From the NCBI GenBank assembly GCA_963701295.1, contig OY969585.1, positions 256,001 through 320,000 of the forward strand: 64,000 bases of DNA, written 5' to 3'. A program made the translations under genes and the position numbers. The stretch's first letter is position 1. Every line of letters starts with the position of its first letter. The notes below the pieces were generated by a model. The model was given only the letters and a program-made list of their open reading frames with translations, did no database searches and had not been told where the DNA came from. Source of the DNA: Ignavibacteriota bacterium. GTDB taxonomy: Bacteria > Bacteroidota > Ignavibacteria > UBA10030. This document shows positions 51,865 through 60,921 of the stretch, piece by piece.

Positions 51865-53732
51865 GTTCGTATCACGTCGAGCTGTTTGAGCAAATTGTAC
51901 AGTTCCATTTCGCGTTGTTGATATGACTTCACCTCAAGTCCTTGTATCTTTGCTTTCTCGAGCAACTGTAAATTTTCTTCTCTCTCTTTTTGAATACTTT
52001 TACGATGGATAGTAACAACAGCGTCCTTCGCAATCCTCATTGGCTCCGCCTCGTCGATTTCCTTCTCCATCTCTTGCCAGCCGCGGCTCAATTCATAATG
52101 GCTCAGCACGAGATCGCTAATAAGGTCTTTGAACTCCGATTCTTGCACTTCATTTATGATCGCGGTTGCATCAATGGTTCCACGTTCGTCATACAAATCC
52201 AGAACAAACTGAGCGAGTCTCCGCATGCGTTCATCGCTGAATTGGACCAATGAGATATTCGAGAGCAAATAGCGAATAACATCGGAATCGCCTTCGAGAA
52301 TCAACTTCAAGATGTCGTGTTCCTCGGGTGGAATTGGTTTCAGCTCAGGTGCGAGAGGTTTATTAGCTTCCGACTGGCGCTGAACGAATGTTGACTTCGG
52401 AATACTGTCTGCTCGCGTAATGCGTTTTTCCTGAACGAGCGTGCGTTCAAGTTCGCGATAGAGCAGACTCTCATAGACCTCATACTTCTCTGCTACATCC
52501 TTTATATAAAAATTGCGCTTTAACTCATCTTTCATTTTAGCAATGGATTGAACGAGCGAACGTACAGCCTGTGTTTTTCCTTCGGTTGTCGTAAATGCTC
52601 CTGATCGCTGAAATTGTTTCGCCTTGAAATCGATGAAAGAAACTGCATTAGCAAGTCGTTCTCTGAATTCAATGCCGCCATGTTTCAACACAAACGAGTC
52701 CGGATCTTCTCCTTCAGGGAGTTCTACAATGCGAACATTCAAGTCGTGTTCAAGCGCAAGGTCGATTCCCCGCACGGTAGCACTGGAACCGGCGGAATCT
52801 GCATCATATATCAGAGTGAGGTTTTTTGAGTAACGCGCGATAAGCTTGAGCTGTGCTTCGGTAAGTGCGGTACCACTTGATGCGACAACATTTTGGATTC
52901 CTGCTTGGTACAGTGAAATTAAATCCGCATATCCTTCCACCATCAATGCATTATCTTCCTGACGAATAAAATCTTTCGAATGAAACAATCCATACAACAC
53001 GCGGCTTTTATCATAGAGGGGAGATTCCGGTGAGTTGATATACTTGCCGGCAATGGCATCATCCTCACGCATCTTGCGTGCGCCAAAACCGATAACGCGT
53101 CCTTGCGTTGAAAGAATCGGAAACATCGCTCGCCCGCGGAAATAATCATACAGTGAACCATCCTCCCGCACACGTGCCAGTCCGACTTTGGCAATATCTT
53201 CTATCTTAAATCCTTCCGCCTGTGCTTTAATCACAAACGCATCCCACGAGTTCATCGCATAACCAAGTCCAAAAGTGCGGATGGTTTCATCTGTAAATCC
53301 ACGCTTGTAGAAATAGTTGAAGCGCTTCTTTACCTTCTTCCGACTCCGTTAAGATTGCGAAAGAAGTGCATTCCTGCAAACCGGCAAACCGCATAATAAT
53401 TTTCAAACTCTGTCTGCTCTTCGGTCACCGGCTTGTTTTCTTCCGGAATGTTAATACCGGACTTTCGAAGCAAGAGATCGAACAGCCTCCACAAACGAAA
53501 TTTTATCCATCTCCATCAGAAATGTAAATATATTTCCGCCTTTGCCGCATCCGAAACAATGATACATTTGCTTCTCGGCACTGACCGTGAACGACGGCGT
53601 CTTTTCCGTGTGAAACGGACACAGTCCAAGATAATTCTTGCCGCGCTTTTTTAGGTGGACATATCCGGAAATGACTTCTACAATGTCTGTGGCATTTCGG
53701 ACTTCATCAATTTTATCATCAGCAATGCGCAT
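51861..53732 (-). CDS. dnaG: DNA primase, interrupted by three single-base insertions (53320-53460)
   Basis: CPFH..CFGC zinc finger (53451-53732), KYINSPE, EGYAD and YDADSAG TOPRIM motifs (51861-53255); the linker reads through if three +1 bases are removed. Confidence 0.92.
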
Positions 53733-54065
53733 GACAGAAGAAATCTACCCAAATATGTGTGTACAAGCAAGATTGCGGCAGTGTCTCAGTTTAGTGCGGT
53801 CAGGACTTACGTCTTGACCAATAGTTTATAGAACAAAGTACACCACCCCTTCTAATAGTATGTCCGCGTCGTTATTGAAATACGCTTACGCGTATGGTTT
53901 TTACGCTCCTCCTCATTTGAGGAAGGGAAATCCCGACACGATGCAAAATCGGGTCGGGAAGGGGAGGTGGACAACTTTAAAGAATATACGGTGCGTAACA
54001 TTAGTTACTAACTTATATTGTGTCATTTCCGGATTTTTGTACAAAAGCATACTGTCCGAAAAACA

Positions 54066-54093
54066 ATAAGGCTCAGAACATTCTGAGCCTTAT
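54066..54093 (-). terminator. terminator downstream of glnA
   Basis: ATAAGGCTCAGAA-ca-TTCTGAGCCTTAT perfect inverted repeat. Confidence 0.75.
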
Positions 54094-54134
54094 GTTTGTA
54101 CTTTGTTATTGAACTGAATGAGTTACGGTACAGG

Positions 54135-55484
54135 TTAATACGTCGGAAGATATTTTTCCAATTCCCAGGGAGTCACTTCCAGACGGTAATCTTCCCACTC
54201 TAAGCGCTTTGCACTGATGAACCGTTCGAATATATGTGCTCCTAACGCTTCCCGAATAACGGTGTCTTTTTCAAATTCTGAGATTGCTTCATCAAGCGAG
54301 CCAGGCAATATATACAAGGAGGATTTCTTTTTAGGGTCATTGGAAAGGTAAATATTTTCCTCAGAGGCTTCGGGAACTTCCAATTGACGACGAATACCAT
54401 CTAACCCGGAAGCAAGCATCACAGTAAAGGCAAGATACGGATTGCAACTCGGGTCGGGACAGCGCAATTCAATGCGGGTTGATTCCGGTGTATGGGCACG
54501 CGGAATTCGAATCAATGCAGATTGGTTTATACGCCCCCAGCTAATATTGACCGGTGCTTCATACCCGACGACAAGACGTTTGTAGGAATTCACCAGTGGT
54601 GCAAGCACAGCACACATCCCGCGGGCATGGGCCAGCTGACCAGCCATAAAGTGTTTGGCAATTTTCGATAGGCCATGCGAATCTCCGGGATCTGAAAGTG
54701 CATTCCCGCCATTGGCTTTATAATTAAGCCCTTGATGTACGTGCATACCGCTGCCAGCAAGTCCGCGCAACGGTTTAGGCATGAAGGAAGCATACAAACC
54801 CTTCTGCTGGGCGAGTCGTTTCATTACCACACGGAAGGTAACTGCATCATCTGCAGTCTTTAATGAATTTGCATAACGCAGGTCCATTTCATACTGGCCT
54901 TTTGCAACTTCATGGTGCATTGCTTCAGCTTCAATTCCAAACGCTGAAAGAGTTTCTGCTGCTTGCCGCCAGAGGTCGGTCGCAATCATATCAGTTGGCA
55001 TATCAAAATAACTGGCACTATCATGTGGCTGAGGAGGAATAACCCCGCCTTGCGCATTTGGCTTCAAGAGAAAGAATTCCAACTCCGGCCCTGTATTATA
55101 GACAAACCCCATCTTTTCTGCTTCGCTCATCATCCGCGCCAATACTGCTCTTGGGTCGCCCAAAAAGGGCTGGCCATCCGGAGTATAGACATTACAAATC
55201 AATCGGGCCGTCATTTCATTATCTTTCAACCAGGGAAGGACAGCAAAGGTCGATGTATCCGGGACCAGATACATATCGCTCTCGGCGGTTCGCGCATATC
55301 CTTCGATGCAGGAACCATCAAACCAGATACCATGGCTGAGTGTAGTCTCCAATTCTTTAGTCGGGATGGTAACATTCTTCACAGCCCCGCCGACATCGGT
55401 AAATTGAAGGTCGATGAATTGAATCTTGCGCTCAGCAACCAGCGCCAGAAGTTCTTTATTTGAATATGGGAGGATTGTGGGCAT
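54135..55484 (-). CDS. glnA: type I-alpha glutamine synthetase family protein with atypical active-site residues
   Basis: FDGSC, PELEFF, HHEVA.GQYE, FMPKP, GSGMHVH, GYEAP, RIELRCPD. Confidence 0.9.
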   Translation of the reverse strand: MPTILPYSNKELLALVAERKIQFIDLQFTDVGGAVKNVTIPTKELETTLSHGIWFDGSCIEGYARTAESDMYLVPDTSTFAVLPWLKDNEMTARLICNVYTPDGQPFLGDPRAVLARMMSEAEKMGFVYNTGPELEFFLLKPNAQGGVIPPQPHDSASYFDMPTDMIATDLWRQAAETLSAFGIEAEAMHHEVAKGQYEMDLRYANSLKTADDAVTFRVVMKRLAQQKGLYASFMPKPLRGLAGSGMHVHQGLNYKANGGNALSDPGDSHGLSKIAKHFMAGQLAHARGMCAVLAPLVNSYKRLVVGYEAPVNISWGRINQSALIRIPRAHTPESTRIELRCPDPSCNPYLAFTVMLASGLDGIRRQLEVPEASEENIYLSNDPKKKSSLYILPGSLDEAISEFEKDTVIREALGAHIFERFISAKRLEWEDYRLEVTPWELEKYLPTY

Positions 55485-56455
55485 TAGCGTATCGCCTGTA
55501 ATAGTAAACCGAGTAGTGCAAGAAATATCAATATTCCCAATCCCGCTGCAACAGAAAGAACAATCGGTGATTTATAGAACGGAACTGGTTTGGATTCTTC
55601 ATACAACTTATCAAGAATGGAAAGATCAACAGACTCTAAATGATCCAGATCGTATAACAATGCCTTCATGTCCGGATACCGATCATTCGGATTTTTCATC
55701 AAGCATTTTGCAACTACTGCGGCAAGCTGCGGAGTGATCTCTGGGCGTTCTTTATCCAGCCGCGGAATCGTTCCATGCATTTGTTGTGCCATCACTGCAA
55801 GATTATTATCTCCGCTAAATGGTGTTCGTCCAGAAAGAAGTTCAAAAAATATAACACCGAGAGCATACAAATCTGTCCGTTTATCGCCACGCTTTCCTTC
55901 CACTTGTTCAGGGGCCATATAATCCGGCGTTCCGGCTGTGCCGCTGAGGTTCGCATAGGTAACTCTGTATGCTCCTTTTGTGAGAGCAAGTCCAAAATCT
56001 AAAATTATCGGCTGCTGGTTATCTGTAAAGAGAATATTTTCCGGCTTCATATCCCGGTGTATAATATTATGGTCATGGCAATGAGCAAGTCCATCCGCAA
56101 TTTTCCGAATGAGCGCAACAGCTTCATCTACAGGCATTGGCGCCGACCGACGGATCAATTCCCGCATCGATTCTCCAGTGACCAATTCCGTGACGAGATA
56201 CGGAGTACTGTTATATTTTCCGGAACCTAATCCTTTTTGGATAGAAGGATGATTTAACGTGTGCATCACTTCCAGTTCTCGTTGAAATCGCTCAAACTGC
56301 GCAGGGTCTCCTATCGTCATTCGATCTGGGACTTTTAACACTACATCCTTTCCGCTGATAAGATCGTACGCGCGGTAAATATCGCTCATTCCACCTTGGG
56401 CTATGTGCCCGCGGATTTGGAAATGGTCAAACTGATCACCTATCTGCAACATCAT
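55484..56455 (-). CDS. Hanks-type Ser/Thr protein kinase with a C-terminal TM anchor
   Basis: QGGMS, VLK, HRDMKPEN, DFG, GTPDYMAPE. Confidence 0.95.
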   Translation of the reverse strand: MMLQIGDQFDHFQIRGHIAQGGMSDIYRAYDLISGKDVVLKVPDRMTIGDPAQFERFQRELEVMHTLNHPSIQKGLGSGKYNSTPYLVTELVTGESMRELIRRSAPMPVDEAVALIRKIADGLAHCHDHNIIHRDMKPENILFTDNQQPIILDFGLALTKGAYRVTYANLSGTAGTPDYMAPEQVEGKRGDKRTDLYALGVIFFELLSGRTPFSGDNNLAVMAQQMHGTIPRLDKERPEITPQLAAVVAKCLMKNPNDRYPDMKALLYDLDHLESVDLSILDKLYEESKPVPFYKSPIVLSVAAGLGILIFLALLGLLLQAIR

Positions 56456-56562
56456 ATTCTTTCTTATTTCCTTGTGCGATTACACCTCGCACAAAAATAT
56501 ACTATTGTTTCTTCTGAAAAGCGAATATCGCTTTTTTCTTCATTTTTCCGATACTTCAATAC

Positions 56563-57390
56563 TTATAAACGACCTCTAAATCGTTTTATGATCTTTGAAA
56601 ACCGTGAGCCATACTTCGTTTGCTGCGCTACTAATTTATGCAGCATAATTGTTACAGCCGAAACATTATCATCACTCCCCCTCTTCATCGCCAGATCGAC
56701 GATCGTCTGGTTTAGCTTTTCTGCTGATACTGCCTTTGAAGCTAACATTCCAAACTCGTCATCGTCGATCACCGACCACACTCCATCCGAACAAAAGATG
56801 AGTATATCGCCATCCTGCACTTGGACTTCAAAGACATCCGGCTGCACAAAGAGATCTAAGCCGAGACATTTGCTGAGCACAGATCGCTGGCTATGGGTCC
56901 GTACTTTTTCTGGTGACAGTACCTTCATCCGCACGAGCTCACCAACACGCGTATGGTCCTTCGTCAGACATGTGGAGGTTTTTCCCCGGATCAAATACAC
57001 GCGACTGTCGCCCACGTGTGCAATGTGGAATGTGTTTTCTTTGAGTAACCCCGCAGTCAACGTCGTTCCCATTCTACCGACGCCAAGTTCTCGCGCTTTC
57101 TGATAGACATTCAGATTTGCACTCTGCACTGCCTTTTTCATTTTTTGGGGGATCGATAATCCATTACTGGAATATACAATTTCAAATAAGGTAACTAATG
57201 CTAATGTGCTCGCCACACCTCCATGAGCATACCCGCCCATGCCATCCGCCACACCAAAGAGATGCCCGTAGGCTGCCGTCAAATCATCGTGCTGATCGAT
57301 AATGCGTACAGAATCCTGATTATCCTGACGCACATTCCCGATATGCGTCAAACAGTGGGATTCTATGTCAGGCAATTCAATATGCGTCAT
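56563..57390 (-). CDS. PP2C family protein Ser/Thr phosphatase
   Basis: RQDNQD, VADGMGG, HVGDSR, CSDG, DDNVS. Confidence 0.95.
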   Translation of the reverse strand: MTHIELPDIESHCLTHIGNVRQDNQDSVRIIDQHDDLTAAYGHLFGVADGMGGYAHGGVASTLALVTLFEIVYSSNGLSIPQKMKKAVQSANLNVYQKARELGVGRMGTTLTAGLLKENTFHIAHVGDSRVYLIRGKTSTCLTKDHTRVGELVRMKVLSPEKVRTHSQRSVLSKCLGLDLFVQPDVFEVQVQDGDILIFCSDGVWSVIDDDEFGMLASKAVSAEKLNQTIVDLAMKRGSDDNVSAVTIMLHKLVAQQTKYGSRFSKIIKRFRGRL

Positions 57391-57534
57391 GCAGTTTCCA
57401 AAGTTTATAATAACACAGGAAGAAACCGCTTGTACGGCTTCCTCCTCGTGCTTCTTGAATCATTGTCATTCACCAAGTGTTTCTGAGTCCTCTCAGCTTT
57501 CTTATCGACATTAAAGGAAGGGACGAGAAATTCT

Positions 57535-59130
57535 TTATTTCGACACGGGGCTCACCCTGGGAATAATCGCCCTTCCCGATTTTTTGCTGTTCCAGACTAA
57601 ATAAACAATGCTGATCGCTCCCCAGCCTGCGGTGATCCATAATGCCATCTGAGTTGCATCTGCCGAAACTCCGGGCGTCGTTAGTCCAATGACCACAATG
57701 CCAATCAACATTCCAATGTTTCCGATAAGTCCTAAAAATGGAATGACCGCATGTTTAATGCTATGGAATTCCTTTCGCCCGACAAATGTAACGAATGTCA
57801 GGAAACAAATGAGCGCGTAAAGGGCAAACGTTCCTATGTTCGAAGCCAGCGTTACACCGGTCAAAGCTGTAACATTGAGAACTCCAACTGCGCCGATAAT
57901 CGCAGACACGACAACCAGAACCCATACACCCTTATGCGGTGTTGCATGTCTTTCGTGCAACGCACCGAGCAGGCCAGGCATTTCATTATCCTGTGCCATG
58001 GCAAAACTAATGCGCACTGCCGTATTGATGGCCGCGAGAGTGGTGCCCAGAACAGCAAGCCCAACCGTAAATGCGATAACGATCATCAGTGCAAAACCGT
58101 TCCCGCCGAGAAGAGCGTTACCGATCATAATTGTCATATCGCCGATAGGCGCGCCCGATGCGGCGGCAGCGTCTATACCGGTAAGGATCGAACCGTCAGG
58201 GTTTGTGAATGTCAGTTTCTCACATATGGCATAATTTGCTGCAAAATATTCAAGCAAGTATGCGAACAAACCTTGGATGATGAGCGAGAGAATAATCCCT
58301 CGCGGAATATCCCGTTTCGGATTGATCGATTCTCCGGCAAGTGATGTGGACGATTCAAATCCCACCAAAATGAGTATCGCTATAGTGGATTGGAAAAGCA
58401 TCGCCGCTAAGCTATGCGGAAATACTATCGACGATGAAGCAGCATGTATCCATTGTGTCGCATGAAGTGGATTCGTAAACCGAAAAGCAATTGCAAGCGC
58501 ACTGAATCCGATCAATGAAACCAGCTGGATAACGTTGATCACAATTGCGACATTTGTCGAACCGCTGATACCACGAACGGCAATAAAGCCAACGATGACA
58601 GCAAAAATTACAGCAACCAATATTTGATATGAAACGCTAAGATTGATACCGAACTGTCCACAAATATAAGTTACTAAGATAGACATAAAGGCTACCATCA
58701 CACCAGGGTATACCCAGTAGAAGAGATGTGCTGCCCAGCCCGTGAGAAATTTCGAGATCCGCGCAAATTTCTGATGATGGGCTTTGTCACGATCAAGAAA
58801 TGCCCTTTCTGCGAAATAGTATGAGCCTCCCGCTCCTGCTTCGGGATAACGCCGAGCCATTTCGGAGAACGAAATTGCCGTCAAAAATGCCACGATAAGT
58901 GCGGCAACTATTCCGGTCCACATATCGGACGCTCCACCGGTATTTGCTGCTTGGATCTGAAATGTAATCCATAAAAATGCGCCCGGGGCAATGAGCGCCA
59001 TTGCATTAACCGTCACTCCGGTCAAACCGAGAGTTTTTTTCATGCCTGTGTCTGTACTAGCCATTGAATACCTCCATGAATTTAATGATGATACTATTGA
59101 TTTCCTTTTTGTACTTTCAGTGAAAGCCAA
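57535..59130 (-). CDS. APC family amino acid/amine permease
   Basis: EMARRYPEAGAGGSY, GFES...AGESINPKRDIP, about 12 TM; likely start 59064 (MASTD, RBS GGAGG). Confidence 0.9.
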   Translation of the reverse strand: MAFTESTKRKSIVSSLNSWRYSMASTDTGMKKTLGLTGVTVNAMALIAPGAFLWITFQIQAANTGGASDMWTGIVAALIVAFLTAISFSEMARRYPEAGAGGSYYFAERAFLDRDKAHHQKFARISKFLTGWAAHLFYWVYPGVMVAFMSILVTYICGQFGINLSVSYQILVAVIFAVIVGFIAVRGISGSTNVAIVINVIQLVSLIGFSALAIAFRFTNPLHATQWIHAASSSIVFPHSLAAMLFQSTIAILILVGFESSTSLAGESINPKRDIPRGIILSLIIQGLFAYLLEYFAANYAICEKLTFTNPDGSILTGIDAAAASGAPIGDMTIMIGNALLGGNGFALMIVIAFTVGLAVLGTTLAAINTAVRISFAMAQDNEMPGLLGALHERHATPHKGVWVLVVVSAIIGAVGVLNVTALTGVTLASNIGTFALYALICFLTFVTFVGRKEFHSIKHAVIPFLGLIGNIGMLIGIVVIGLTTPGVSADATQMALWITAGWGAISIVYLVWNSKKSGRAIIPRVSPVSK

Positions 59131-59135
59131 TCCGA

Positions 59136-59960
59136 CTAAATATTAATATCCAATTGCATCGTAAAGGTGCTCGGGATATCAGCATTGAAAACGTCCCGTG
59201 CAAAGATAACGCTCACGTTTTTTGAGAACGACCATGCAAAGCCGTAGCTCAATGCACCAAAGCTGCTTTTGCTGCCTTGGTAATCGACTGCAAGCCAGAG
59301 ATTCTCGCTAATTTCGGGGATCATTCTGTCCCATGAAAGCAAGACCCCGGAGTTATCAGCTTTACCGGTTGAAAGATCGACCAACAGTTTCTTGTTCCCA
59401 GAAAAGTACCCTACTTCAAGTCGTCCTATGACCGGAAATGTTCTCCCGATTATTCCATAGGCAATATTAAAGTCCGTTACATTTTTTAGAAACCCGAAAT
59501 CAAATCCTCCGACGGCGATCGCGGGGGACCAGTCGACGAGTACTCCCTCCGGAACACCAACCTTCGCATTCACAAGGAATGGCGATAATTGCGGTGTAAA
59601 ATAATCGACGCCGATTTCCGCTTGCACAATGGAATCGGGCAACACTCCGACTGTTAAATTGAGATCCGTCGGGAATGCTGTACCGCTGAATGATTTTCCA
59701 CTTCTAAAATCGTATGCATAATTATCGATGCCAAGATGAAACGATTTATATCCTTGGAAATCCACAGAAGGAATCCAAATAATCGTAGATGGTGTAGCAT
59801 AAGTAAATGAGCTTGACAACACCAAAATCGCAAGTATGACGAGGGCAGCCTTTTGAATTGATTTCATATTGTTTCTCTTCTTGTATAAAACATAGATAAA
59901 TGAGCTTGTCATCATGAAGATCGCAACCATTGTAAGTATAGTTTTTTGAATCGATTTCAT
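59136..59960 (-). CDS. putative outer-membrane beta-barrel/porin-like protein with a duplicated signal peptide
   Basis: Signal ending TYA-TPST, alternating beta pattern, C-terminal QLDINI. Confidence 0.7.
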   Translation of the reverse strand: MKSIQKTILTMVAIFMMTSSFIYVLYKKRNNMKSIQKAALVILAILVLSSSFTYATPSTIIWIPSVDFQGYKSFHLGIDNYAYDFRSGKSFSGTAFPTDLNLTVGVLPDSIVQAEIGVDYFTPQLSPFLVNAKVGVPEGVLVDWSPAIAVGGFDFGFLKNVTDFNIAYGIIGRTFPVIGRLEVGYFSGNKKLLVDLSTGKADNSGVLLSWDRMIPEISENLWLAVDYQGSKSSFGALSYGFAWSFSKNVSVIFARDVFNADIPSTFTMQLDINI

Positions 59961-59970
59961 ATTGTTTCTC
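59798..59970 (-). repeat. 93-bp-period tandem duplication of RBS plus signal-peptide coding sequence
   Basis: 59798-59877 vs 59891-59970; MKSIQK...SSF.Y occurs twice in frame. Confidence 0.85.
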
Positions 59971-60204
59971 CTTAATTAGGTTATAAAATATTATTTGCCT
60001 TATTGATTTTAATGAAAAACATGTATTCGTCCGGTTGATAACCGGGATACATCGGCATTGATGATATGGTTCAGCAGGTTGGGCCGCACGAATCCCGGTA
60101 GAAAAACTGATAGCAAAAAATGACACCATAATGGTTAATAAAATCTTCATGAATAACCTTTCCTTATGCGAGTTTGTTGATTTTTTATTTACACTCTTGA
60201 TCCT

Positions 60205-60540
60205 TCAAACGGATTTCCCCGTTCCGTTTGGATAGACCTGGCTGACATCATTGACGGATGAAACATAGATTTTATCGTGTTCCTTTTTCCCTGATTGCCC
60301 ACTTTTTACAATAATCGAAACTGCTTTGGGTACCAAATGTTGCGGAACTATCGCTTCCAACTTGAATCTTATAAGGTACGAGACATCATATTCACTGCCG
60401 CGATAAATCTCTTTATGTTCCTTTTGTTTATCAAAATCACATACCTCTGTTACCGTTATTCCCTGGATTCCAGCACTCGACAGCGCCTCACGAACATCTT
60501 CCAGCTTACCGGGACTGATTATTGCTTCGATTTTTTCCAT
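60205..60540 (-). CDS. PII family protein with degenerate nucleotide-binding loops
   Basis: KIEAII.P.KL, GITVTEV, YRGSEY; collinear with GlnB over 111 aa. Confidence 0.85.
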   Translation of the reverse strand: MEKIEAIISPGKLEDVREALSSAGIQGITVTEVCDFDKQKEHKEIYRGSEYDVSYLIRFKLEAIVPQHLVPKAVSIIVKSGQSGKKEHDKIYVSSVNDVSQVYPNGTGKSV

Positions 60541-60921
60541 GGTCCACCTAACGAATACTTTATTATATATCGTTGCTTAATGCAACTACCTTAGAATATA
60601 AGGTATAATTATTAATAGTCAATAGTTTGTTAATTAATTTCTTCTAATGACCTTATTATAGTAAACTATTATTTACGAAACATCGGAACTTTTACATGCT
60701 TATTCCTGTTTAGAGTGGGCCGGCAAATCAGCAAACATTTTATTAATTCCACCCGTTAGATAATCCTCGAACAATGTATTTCTTTTGGCTAATATATTAT
60801 GGTATGTGCAAGTCATTTATTTTTCAATGCTTTCCCCTATTCGTCTGTTGCCTTCATTCTTTTCAAAACGTACATTGTAACCAATGAACATTGCTCAACG
60901 TAATTGAGATCGTAAATCCAA

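Noticed and set aside
53890-53970. GC-rich hairpins as a riboswitch or ncRNA
   Set aside because: Resemble REP-like palindromes; no recognisable aptamer consensus
56396-57103. Long antisense ORFs (also 14902-15447, 20363-20902, 50486-51040, 57751-58344)
   Set aside because: Shadows of well-supported genes on the opposite strand
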